Positions 1 to 12,000 of a DNA stretch of 64,000 bases are shown one piece after another (the stretch's first letter is position 1; the number at the start of each line of letters is the position of its first letter). The position numbers and the translations under genes were made by a program. The notes under the pieces are model-generated. The model saw only the letters and a program-made list of their open reading frames with translations, was not told where the DNA came from and made no database searches. Where the stretch lies: NCBI GenBank assembly GCA_040954595.2, contig CM082589.2, forward strand, positions 6,693,186 to 6,757,185, read 5' to 3'. This DNA is from Balanoglossus misakiensis (taxonomy: Eukaryota; Animalia; Hemichordata).

Positions 1-443
1 ATAATGTTCCATTAGATGCGACGCCAGCGCTACATTAGGTCATTAGGTGGCTTTTTTGTCAACGAAGCTACGCTGCTTTCATAGAAATGAGAATTCTTGA
101 CATCAACCCACAAGAGAACGCACACTGCATTACTGCACATCACGAGTCAAATTCAGAAGCCCACGTGAAGCAGTCACTCATGTCATGTCCTACTAATATC
201 TTGGTAAATTAGTTGAAAGCACGGTCTGCAATCCGGTGCTTTTATCGTCACGGTGACCGACTCGCAGCTTTACATTTCATTTACCGGAAATCAGACTGCG
301 GCGCAAAGTATAGCAATTTACATATCTCAAGAAACTACAGAAAATTCAAGAAGAACCATCAATATTCTTGGCATTTTGTAAAAAAGTGCATGTCGAGAAA
401 ATCTGCAATAGGAAGGGTTAATTTAGTGGTAAAGTGTTGCATG

Positions 444-457
444 GTTTCCATGGTAAC
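444..457. promoter_or_regulatory. RFX X-box motif (GTTTCCATGGTAAC) upstream of the RGS22 coding exons
   Basis: Near-perfect 14-bp X-box palindrome next to the CpG-rich stretch at 1-310. X-boxes are typical of ciliary genes. Confidence 0.5.
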
Positions 458-1118
458 TAACTGTAAATTCAATAGAGAAAATTGAAATTATAGATCTAGT
501 TTATGTTGGGCTAAAAGAATTCTGATTGAGTTCAACCTCCTTGGCCAGGTCATAAACTCCACCCGCCTTTCCTCTTAGTTATTTTATTCTTCCGTGACAC
601 AATGGTTTATAGAAATATTGAAGGAGGGTGAAAGCAGACATGTATTGTATGAAGTACTCCACCCTTGCCCAACGGAACATTATATTGTCAAATAAATGTA
701 CTTTCCATGAGTTAATTTTTGATCATTTTGGCTGAAAAGTGATTTAATTTTACTACTTTCATGTAAACATATTCTTTGATTACTTTAAAATTAAATATTC
801 CAATCTTTTATGTGAGGTTTTGTTGATCGGTTCCAAAACAAGAAAAGTGTAAGTGCAGATCAGATGACAGTAAACATCAAGTTTTGATGCAAATTGTATT
901 AAACACCTAACACTCCTGTTTTCTTGTTTATGGGTTCAACTATACCTTTGAAAACAATGGGGTAGTGCAACATTGCAGTAGTCAAAAGGGATTAAAGTTA
1001 CTTACCATACTTGCCAGATTTTAGAACTCTGTTTACAAGCCCACGGGGCTAGCTGTGAAATTTCTTAGAGTGTTTTTACTTGAAAAGGCCTTTGCATAAT
1101 CAAGCCTTCGGGGATAAG

Positions 1119-2577
1119 CAGTGTTCACGCTAGGATTTTTTCTTTTCTAGCCACACTCCTGGTGTGTGGCTAATTTACTCAAGAAACTTTTAGCCACAGC
1201 CAAAATTTATTAGCCACACAAATCAAGTTGAATATTGAATATAACATGCTTGTTCTGAATAAAAAAGAAATGACACTAACATTTTAAAACTAACTTTATT
1301 TAATAACACATGACACTGAAATTCCCCATAGTTGAGGGAATTGTTTGCAAGATACAGCAACTACTAGTTCAGCTTCATGTCATTTACATGGATACAGTCA
1401 TTACTCTCAGTCATCAGAGTCTATCTCTGCTTCTTTACATGCCTGCTGCAGATTGCAAACACCCTTTGTGAACTCTGCAAGGTCTGATTCAAAACGATTA
1501 GCCATTGCTTTTTGTTCATTTTCAAGAAGTGAGCTCAGGTTTCTTCTCTCTTTTTGGTGGGTCCACATTTGGAATGATTTTTGAAAGTTAAACTCTGAAA
1601 TTGGTGGTCCCTCTATGTTAATTTTTATTAACCTACAAACAGATGATGTCCTCAACAAGTTTCTTGAGTTTGTTTTTACTAAGTTATACTGAGAGAATCC
1701 TCTTTCACAATCAACAGATGTGCATGGACTAGTCAGGTATATGACTATTAATTTACACAGATTAGGGTATACATCACTGTCAGTCACCAAGACATTTTTA
1801 TAGAAGTCTTCAAGACTCATATCTTTGTTGGAGGCCATCAGCTGTTTGATAATTCTCCACTCTAGTTTGGTAGAATCAGGATCAATAATTGGGCCATATT
1901 CTTTTGTATCTTTACCAAATTTGGTCACACCAAAGTGGTCAATAAGTCGTTGCAATTCATTTGTACCATAAGTTTGGAATTTCTCAGGGTCTGAAATAAT
2001 ATCCCCTGGTAAAAATGATGGTTCAAAGATTCCAAATGCCACCATTAGATCAGAATCTGGAAACCTGTTTGTGATATTACAAACTACCTTATCAATAAAT
2101 TGAGATGTAGTGGTTTCAAAGATGTTTCTCTCATGATCTGTGTCTTTAATTTGATGACTCAGATTCGCCATCTGCCATGGTTGGAGCGCTCGAACCAAAG
2201 AATGCCCCAAGTGTCGTCTGCTTCACTAAACGCGGGGGTTTGGTGTGATTTACATCCATTGTGGACATTCCACTGTGCCGATAGCTCATCACTATTCAAA
2301 CATGTGTAAATCAATGACCCGCATACAAACACATGCTTCAGAACTCAATTGTCTAGTGAATTGGTCAATGCAGGGATACCCCCTCTTGCACATACAGTGC
2401 GCCCTCTAGGGAACATCACCCTATTTCTATTGTTTCTAACGCTATCTTGAAACGATCGCCTATTTTACAGGGGGAAATGTTTAATCGCCACCGTGGCGAA
2501 TCGTTTTGTGAAAATTTTCGCCACATCCAAGTTTTTATCGCATTTTGCGAGTGTGGCGAGCGTTAGCGTGAACACTG
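1119..2577 (-). mobile_element. Internally deleted hAT DNA transposon (1459 bp)
   Basis: Perfect 14-bp TIRs CAGTGTTCACGCTA (1119-1132) and TAGCGTGAACACTG (2564-2577). Flanks are GGGATAAG and GATAAG (partial TSD). Subterminal GCCAC/GTGGC repeats occur at both ends, and a transposase C-terminus is encoded inside. Confidence 0.9.
1407..2171 (-). CDS. Truncated hAT (ZNF862-like) transposase: C-terminal part with the hATC dimerization domain
   Basis: Open frame from ATG 2171 (254 aa). It contains the hAT motifs NRFPDSDLMVAFGIFEP and YPNLCKLIVIYLTSPCTSVDCERGFSQYNLVKTNSRNLL. The N-terminal DNA-binding and catalytic regions are absent. Confidence 0.8.
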   Translation of the reverse strand: MANLSHQIKDTDHERNIFETTTSQFIDKVVCNITNRFPDSDLMVAFGIFEPSFLPGDIISDPEKFQTYGTNELQRLIDHFGVTKFGKDTKEYGPIIDPDSTKLEWRIIKQLMASNKDMSLEDFYKNVLVTDSDVYPNLCKLIVIYLTSPCTSVDCERGFSQYNLVKTNSRNLLRTSSVCRLIKINIEGPPISEFNFQKSFQMWTHQKERRNLSSLLENEQKAMANRFESDLAEFTKGVCNLQQACKEAEIDSDD

Positions 2578-3020
2578 GATAAGTTTAACATGGCTGTGAA
2601 TTATTTTTGTGAGGCTTTGCCAAGTGCGTTTATAAATGGATTGATGGAATTGAGTCAACTTGCGCCGTGTGTATATTTCAGCTTTTGCCAAGGGACGGAG
2701 AAGGGCTTCTCAAGAATGTGGTGTTGGATTTTTAGAACAAGCAAAAGAATGAATCATTAATAACCCTTTTCAGGCCTGGGTTCCTGGTAACATAACTAAA
2801 TTTAACTCAAGGAGTTTTAGGCCTAGAGGTTTAGCTGGTCCTCTACAGAGGGGAACGGATGTGAACAGATAGAACCTAATGCATGCTTAATGGAAACATG
2901 TAAAACCATCTTTGAATTTTGAGTTCTCTTGTCTGATCCCTATTTTTTTTTTTCTGTTTTGTTTATAAAGTTCAGTTACTGTAAAATTTCAACGATACTT
3001 TTCATTCTTGTTATTTCCAG

Positions 3021-3083
3021 GAGGACTTCTTGGCCACAGATGACCTGTTTGTGGAATACTTCAACTATTTTTTATCTCTTCCG
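3021..3083 (+). CDS. RGS22: RGS22 exon (EDFLATDDLFVEYFNYFLSLP)
   Basis: ttccag acceptor, GTAAGT donor, phase 0/0. Confidence 0.9.
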
Positions 3084-6000
3084 GTAAGTTTTGATTCCAG
3101 GTGTTCACCTGTGCAATCACTCCACAGTCACATAAGTCAGATTTGCTATCACCAGACATTAGACATCTCTGGTCGTCTGTCTCAGTTGTATCGAATTGAT
3201 TTTCGTAGACTGACTTGTGCGACCAGCATTTGCACACAATGGATTTTGTACGTGCCAAATCTGGCGGAAAATTCCCTGGGGAGACTGATAGACTTGACTG
3301 AGGCAATAGCACACAAAGACCATTGTTCAGCAAACATCAAACAAAGACTGGTGGCCTCTGAATTAAAGATGAATGTTTACTGTTCAGTTTACCCTTTCAC
3401 CACCATGGTTAAGTCCAATTTCTATTGTTTGGCGATGTTGGGCTTCCATTATTTACAGGGAAATTGGTGGTGAGAGGGTTAAGATGAATTTCAATGATTG
3501 AGTGCTTGAACAACTATTTGTTGGGATCTCACATTTACTTTCACATTCTTCATAATAAGATCAAAACTATGAACGCAGTTTCAAGGGAAAACTTGAATTT
3601 CTGTGAAGACCAAACATTAAAAAGCAAATACCAATGTTTTCATCTGAGCTGAGATTGCAAGTGGTCGATTGACATGTACTGATGTGGGCGAGGTTTGAAA
3701 TTTGATGTTTTTGTTAATTTAAACATTCTTGTAAATTCATCCATCCATCCATTCATTCATTCATTCATTCATCCATCCATCCATTCATTCATTCATTCAT
3801 TCATTCATTCATTCATTCATTCATTTAATTATTCATTCATTCATTCACTCATTCATTCACTCATTCATTCATTTATTCATTCATTCACTCATTCATTCAT
3901 TCATTCATTCTTTCACTCACTCATTCATTCATTCATTCATTCATACACTCACTCACTCACTCACTCACTCACTCACTCACTCACTCACTCACTCACTCAC
4001 TCACTCACTCACTTACTCATCAACTCTTCCATGCATTCCGATTCCGTCTACAGACATTCCCGGAACCACTGGCGTTCAACAAAGAGCGGGGAGGGTTCGA
4101 GGTCGTCAGCGAGGCCAAGAAGGAAATCACCAGCAAGATCCGCACCTTGCTCCAACAGCAGAAGAAATCAAGTCCAATTTACAAAGCGGCAACCGCGATC
4201 GCCTTTGCCAAGAAAACGCCGATATTCGACATCCACGCTTTTGAAAAACCAACTCAAGAAACAAGTGAGATCAAGACAAGTTTCACCGTCCAGGTTGGTA
4301 TTTTACACTGTTTAATGTTAGATCCCAGATCATTGTTCGTTGAACTAAATAAAATTAAAATTGGCTTAATTTTTTTGTCAGACTATTCTCTGTATCTTGT
4401 CTATCCAACGCAGTAACTTTGGTCCACACTTCAGGGTAACAGTATGGCCATAATTGTTTTCCAACCAATCATTATGGTCACTATTTTGTTTACATAAAGT
4501 CAACTTATCACCTCTTAAAATCAACCTAGAAAGATATCAACCTTTCTGTCTCTAATTAAAATTCTGGTTGATTTTTCTTTTGCCATATTTCAGATGAAAA
4601 ATTGATGTTTTGATGTAATATTGATTTCACCTGTGTATTTTAAAATAACGGTATTTTTCATGAAAGAAACTCCAGAAACAAACAGAAATGCAGAAAATGT
4701 TATTTTGCACCAAAAATGTCCACTTTTTGACCCAAACCTGTCAAAACATCCTGTGATTACCAAATTGCTGAGACCACTGTGGCCCACCGCTTTTTGAATA
4801 TCTGACCAGTGGACTGTTCCATGGGATTTCAGTAGCAAGCTCGGCCATACCACTAGGTTATAGGGGTGATATGAGCTCTATACCCGATAAAAATAAATGG
4901 CTTTTGTAATGTAATAGCACTGGAGTGGAGACCGTGATTTGAATCAAGTGTGTTAGTGTGTTGACATTGCCATGTCGGTGACCCAGCAACCCCAGTATTC
5001 AAAGTTGGCCGGTGGTGGAATGAAAATATCTCCATTGCTAAGGCCATGCTATCAGTACAGTTGCCAAACAGAATAACCTCCACTAACCTTAGACACAATT
5101 TTTATATATTCAGTAATTTTGTCCTCTGCAGTTTATAAGCCAGGCTAGAATCTAGCTTGGTTTTGCAAAAGCTATGATGTTGGTCCCCACAGTACACACC
5201 AGCTAAATTCTAGACTGAATTGAAAACTTAATTAGCTCTGCTCTGGTCAGCTGATTCATTTAAAGCCAAAGCGAACAGTCTCTCTCAGGGCCTTTTTCTG
5301 TTTATATGACAACAGGGAGCACCAGATCAGCCTACCTGGTGACAGGTCCTATTTAAAAATGTCATAAAAAGTAAATATGACTTCTTTAAACACACAGATT
5401 CCAGGCTGAGCTCTGGTCCTGGCTCGGGGGTGTAACTTCAACTTGTAATGCTTTAAGCAGAAACCAACCAGAACATACAAAAGCATGTCTGTGGCTTAAA
5501 ATTTGCGTTCAGGATCTGAGTATCAGGCTCGGATAAAACCCCAGATTTGCCGAGTTCAAACACACCAAGGGGGATACCTCAATCTCCCGAGTCTTATTTC
5601 TAATCTGAAGTTTATTAGAGCAAGAGCCACCATTATCCCAACAAAATGTGGAGAGCTTAAGATAAGGCCTGTACCTGGTTGCTAAGGTGGCCGCTTGACT
5701 ATAAATACCTGGTACCTTAAAAAGTTCATTTTAGGTTCATGGCCATGAAACAGTGTTGAGACACACAAGAATATTCGGTATACTCTTCATTAACCCTTAC
5801 ACCACCATGGTTTCGTCCAAATTCATTGTTTTCTATGGAAAAGTTGGACCTCTATAGAGGGAACTGTAAGATGTAGAATAAGGAACTACATTTGTTCATA
5901 TAGACAACTAACATTATATTCAAGAATCTTTGTGGCTCCTGACTCCTTTATTAACACCACCAGTCTGTCCAGTCAGCTCATTGGTCACTTATTCATGCAA

Positions 6001-9000
6001 TATTTGAAACCAGTCAATCAGCCTGCTTGTACTTTAAATCATCTCCCATTCCTTATTTTTTTCCAGTGCCTGAATAAAGAACAGGGTATAGAATGGATCA
6101 AGATGGAAAGATTGCCAGCTTTCTTACAAAGCGATACATATTTAGAGTACAGAGCAGCTAAGCTGGTTTCCCAAGCTGAGGTGAGTACAAGTCAACCAAT
6201 CAGATATGTGGTAGATATTTAACCGACCAATCAGATGTGAGGTAGGTAATTCACCAACCAATCAGATGTGAGGTAGGTAATTCACCAACCAATCAGATTA
6301 TGTTTTTCAAATTATACCTCTAGTCATTCGTTCAATAAATCTGACATTTGTTGATCTGAATGCCCTGCAAGAATGTTTCAAAATTACAGAAAATCGATTG
6401 GAAATAGATATGGTCAACGTTCCCTCATTGGAAGGCTGGTGTTGAAACCATAGCAAAAATCTGTATTCTATCCATGTACATCAGAAACTCCACACCATCA
6501 ATCAATAAACCTTTCATCACTGAAAGAAAATTCTTATGAAGAATGAGGATGTAGCACTTTTGCAGGATTTACACAAAAATATAAAATACACGGTTCTCAA
6601 GAGTTGCTATAACTTCAGATATTCAGGGAAGAGAAATCAGAAATCATAAAAATTAGTATGTGCTAGTGTGTTTGCCAGACAAATTACTGTAAAACACTTT
6701 ATTTTCGCGAGTTAAAATTTTTGCGATATCGAGAGAGGCCACTGTTTCGCGAGTATTAATTTTCGCGTCCTCTTATTTCATTCACTGCATCGTTATCTTC
6801 AAAAAAAATTACGCGACTTTTTATTTTCACGCTATTTTGGCTCTCGCGTATTTCATGAAAATTTATTGCACACGAAAATAAAGTGTTTTACAGTATTCAA
6901 ATAAAGTGTGTGTATGTGGAGGTACATGTATATAGCAAACAATATTTGTGTCTGTCGTCATTAATCACAGCTGCAGGAGTGAGATCATAGGATTACATGT
7001 ACCAGTAGACCTGTCACACAGCTAACAAAATGTCACCTCGTAGAATCAAAATCTGATAAAAAGCAATAATCTTACATCACTGAGTTAGCAAGTGGCCTCT
7101 GGTTGTAACATTAAAAGTCTTGCAGATTTAATCTGATGGCAGACAAAAGAAACCTAGAAAGTATTGTTCGCCTCTCAAATAATGATTTGATTCAAAAAGC
7201 TACATTGAAAAAGTCAATTTGAGTGAAAAGTACAACTTACGCGATTGCTACTGGCAGAATGCACATTTATCACAAAAAATGTGAACCTATACTGACATTT
7301 TAAGATTAATTAGGTCTTAGCATCATAAATTATCCGACCAATCAGCTTTGATATCAGTCGTTATATTGTTTAGGGATTAACCTCTGACCTTGTGTGGTAG
7401 CGAACCTTGGAATACCCTATGTATGCTTGTACATAGAAACCTGTCTATAAAACTGAATTGTCTAATATGAAAACCTGTCTATTGTCAACATCTGTTCAAT
7501 TCTCTTTCGCAGTAAGGTATAAACCTCTATAAACCACATAGCTCTCTACAATGAACACTGTCAGTCTCAGTCCCTTAGGTGTCCAGATTAGATAAGTTCT
7601 GCTTTTAGTAAACAATAACCCCAGTCATGTAGCTGTTGTGTCAGCAGGTTTTAATTGTCATGTGTTGAAAGTCCAAAGTTATAAACTAAAATTGGAACAC
7701 ACACTGACTTGTTTGTGTACATGAACTTGGTGTAGAAAATTTCTGAAAATCGCCTGACTTAGTGACCTGAACAATCAGAAGTTTTGTTTGTTTACTTGCA
7801 GATTGCAAAAGATGGCTATGAAGCCATCAGCTTGCACATTGACCCAGACTATCAGCCGTTCTGCATCGAGAAGCCGGTCACTCCCGAACCTCCACAGGTC
7901 GATGAGACGGAGATCATCATGAAAGATATGTTTGTCTGTATGGGACAGACCCCGACCACCACGTCGGAGGAGTGGTTCTCCATGGCCAAGATAGCCAGGA
8001 GAACTCAAACGACGGACAGCGCCGGAATGAGGTTGTCGTCCGCGCCGTTCGAGGGTATCCCGGAGCACGATTCCAGGCCCGGAAGCGCCGTGCCGAGCGT
8101 CGCGACAACTCTGAAACCCAGCACGATCGACAGCGGGATCTGGACCCCGAGTCCCTACGAGGGACCGAATCTGAGCGAGTACGGCTTGCCCGATTTCTCC
8201 CAGCCTCTCGAGGAGGAGGAGGAGGCAGAGATCCCTCAGAGTAGACTATTCGACGACCCGCCGAGGATGAAAACGCCCCCGGCGACGGAGTGGAAGGCTC
8301 CGACCGGCGACGACGTCTGTATGGTGGCAGAGCCTGCCGAGCAGAGCACAAGCGGTTATGCAGGACCTGTGTTCTTCGACCCGAGTAAACCCGAAGAGGG
8401 CAAAAAAGAAGGGGAGGCGGAGAAGGAGGATGAAGATGAGGGGAGGGGGTCGGAAATCGATAGGGAGGAGGAGGACGAAGGGAGGGGATCGGAAGGCGAC
8501 AAAGATGAAGAAATGCCGACGTCAATCACAGTTGAAAATGTCGACGAACTCGCCTCTGTCGTCGTTGCCGTGGTGATGAAAGAAGCTGCCTCGGCGGCGG
8601 CGAGCGAGGAGGAGAAAGACAAAATCCACGAGACCATCGACAAAGACGTCTTGAAGGAGACATCCTTCAAGAGCGGAGACCTGAATCTGGAAATGCTGAA
8701 AGACGTGACTGTGAACAAAATCGAACCGACGGAGGAGATAAAATCAGAGTCGAACGCGAACGTGGAACTCAAGAAGAAAGTGAGCATTACGAGCAAGAGC
8801 AGCTCCGTCAGCCAAGATCAGGAAGATGACTCTCTCTTCGGAAGCGACTTGGAAGACGAAAACGACCCGTACTTCTCCAAGCAGAAAACATACAGTCTGA
8901 GCAATAAAAAGGGCATCGACGCTTTTCAGAAATTCTTGTCTGGAAACACGGGCGAGAAGAACTGGTTCTTCTGGCTGGATGTTGACAGAGCTCGGCAGAT

Positions 9001-12000
9001 CGATGATGAGGATATTTTGACACAGTAAGTCATTTCTAATTTATTTTATCCTGTACATGTAGTAGCAAATCAACTTCCTAATTTCATGTATGATGTGTGT
9101 GCAAAGACATGGTTCTGGTGAGATTTTTGAAACAAATATTAGGATAATCTGTTAACTGAGTAACCCGCGATGCAACTAATGGTTGCGCCATATTGAACAA
9201 CATTCTGGGTTGCTAGGTACGGTCGAACAGTCATTTCCCGCTCCAAACCCCATGATACGCATGACCGACTCAAAAAAATGTGAAATTCTGGTTGGAAATT
9301 GCGTTCTGTTGAAAACTGCAGAAGGAAAACAAAACCTTTGTAAACAGTTCTGTAATTTGATAATGTGTGGATTTCCTGTGTGTGTTACCCAGATAAAGAC
9401 TTGTTTCATGGTTACTCAACCATTTTACGTCTAAACTACACAATTTACATCATTCGGTTCAGTCAGTATTTCAGACTCTGGGTTGTTTATTTACACAGCG
9501 AGACAGAAGGGGCTTAATTACGCATATGCTGGGAAACCAGTTCGGCTATGGTTGACAAGTGCTAAATTCAACCATAGAAACTAGTATGCAAATACATCTT
9601 TGTGAGGTCGGACACTAAAGCGCAAAGCATAGCCCTGGAGCACACCATGTATAATGCTCAAACACGGTAAACGTGGAAAGATTTCACCTTTAAACCCTGA
9701 CCCCCTGACAACCTATGGCATCAAATATAGTTTTAATATCAGTGTTCAAAGATTTATAGGACTTTGGTTTTTCTGACAAACCCCCTGTAGAATGCTACAT
9801 GTTTTACAGGGCAGCAAAACTAGTAGTTTAATGTCATATGAACCAAGAAAAAACGCTTCTTCAGATAATCACCTGTATTTAAATCTCTGCCAAAATTAAA
9901 TATTTTTTACAGATATCTTGGACAGATGCGCGAGAAGTACATCCATGCCGGCAGCGAATGTGAACTATCAAAAGAAGTCATCGCAAATCTAGGATTGGTC
10001 GAGAATTCAAACTGGAACATCGAGAATTTGATCAAAGCACAGTACAAAATGGTGGAACCACTCTTGCTTTATTGGTAAGTCAGAAATTTATCATTTACAC
10101 AAAAAATCAGAAATTTGAAATTTTTGTTCTAGAGTATTATCAAATCCCTTTATATGTGTTGATAATCTGCATTTGATTTATTCTCAGTAATATATTTCAA
10201 TTTTACTTTTTAGGGGACCAAGATTCTTGATGAAGCAAGCGTACAGGTTTGTTCCAGACACCAACTACCTGTACCAGAGACAGAAAACTCTGCAGAAGCC
10301 ATTGGTGACAAGCGCTTACCCCAACCCCAAAACTGTCACCCTGTTGCCACTGAGACCCAAATCGTGCAAGCCCAGAGTACGGATGCCAGTACCACCACCG
10401 CCAGTTGTTACTCAGTCATTGCCTGCCAGTAGTGGAGGTGATACCCAGAAAACAGAACAGGTCGGTCGCACATTCAACTCATGTTGACTAACATTTTTCT
10501 AAGTGCTGTAGTTTGGATACAAACATTTTTTCCCTTTTTTTCAAATTTTTTCAGATATTTGCTTCCTTTTGGATCAAAACAGACTAAAACCTCCTTCATT
10601 TGCAATTTTTAACAACAAATGGCACATTTCTGAAATATTTTATAAAAATTTGTTGAAAAGATATTAAAAGACTTGTTCCTTTCTGATACAACAGCAACAG
10701 AGTAAACCCACAAAGAGCATCAGGGAAGAACCAGAGGTTGTGACGATATCTGTTCTCAGGCCGGCAAGTGCAGGATCTCGTGTTCCATCGGAAGATTTTG
10801 CACTGACGGGAATTCCTACGACAACATCATTACCAAAGTTGCCACCGGCACCATCAGTCAAAATTCCATCACCTCCGTCGTCGTCCAGACCAAAGAGCGG
10901 AAAGAAGTCAGCATCGGCAACTAGCCGGAATCAAAGCCCCACTCCATCAGCAAAGAAAAGGTATTTTAAATGTGATTTGGCCATTTGCTTCAAAATGCAC
11001 TGTGTTGGACTTTTTTGTCTGCTACCCAGAACATATCATCGTAGCACTGTGTGAGTCCATTCCCCCAAAAAGTTGTTTTTACACACCATGATTTTACTTC
11101 TGAGTGTACCTCTTAGTCACAGTTCTAGGTCAAGTCTGTCTGCACTCTGATTCAAAAAAATGTATGATGACCCCAAAGCATGAAACAGAGCTCACATTTC
11201 TGTACAGGGCTGAATTGTGGTTTTTGAAGTGTACCTTTGACCAGGTGTTTATTCAATAATATTCAAACCACTTCTGCACAAACTAAATCTCTCTGAGTAA
11301 AATTTAGCATATAAACTTTCACCACCTGTTGCGTTGTAGTCTGTTCATTATTTCAGAACAGCGCCCCCTCGTGGCTGTGTGGTACACTCTGCATGTTGGT
11401 TAAGTTTTTTGTGTGACGTTAACTCCTGTACTTGTCCATTTTCCCCCCTTTCACGGCTTGCTCCCTCTGGATGGCATTTATAGTGCACACTTCCACAAAA
11501 CCCTGTACCGTGCCAAATCTGCACATTCCAGTCGAAGTTCGATCACAGAGAGTAGCTACGATTCTAGTTCTGCTAGGTCGTCAAGGGAGGGCAGTCTCCA
11601 CAGTTCCAGTTCGTCGAGTGTATTCCTTGGTGGTTCCCGCATGGAGAGTTTGCTGCAGGGGCTCTACAACGAGAAGAAAGCTGGTGGATTTTTCATGAAG
11701 TTCCTGGAAAGAACAGGCAAAACTGTAAGTAATTATTATCACACACGACTTTTTGAATCAACATTTCCCCCCAAAATTTGTCAAAAATTTTGCTACAAAA
11801 AAGCTTCATGAATTAAATTACATATGCGCATATCAAAATAAAATATGGAAGAATTTGCTGTGTTGATGACATCATACACTGTGTGATCCAATCACAATGT
11901 CTGTTTCAATGTTAACCACATGATTGATCCAATCAGAATGTCCGTACCATGTTACAGGTGTGGATCAACTGTCTCCACTGCTGGCATGAGTTGCAGGGCT

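Noticed and set aside
3695-4315. 206-aa His/Ser-rich ORF
   Set aside because: Translation of the (TCAT/TCAC)n microsatellite running into the wrong frame of an RGS22 exon.
6238-6250. TGAGGTAG let-7-like seed
   Set aside because: Part of the 31-bp tandem repeat; the rest does not match let-7 and no precursor hairpin is evident.
6195-6298. Regularly spaced repeats resembling a CRISPR array
   Set aside because: The spacers are themselves repeated, the context is a eukaryotic intron, and there are no cas genes.
7775-9023. Antisense and shifted-frame ORFs (97-202 aa)
   Set aside because: Shadows of the GC-rich RGS22 exon; no independent protein features.
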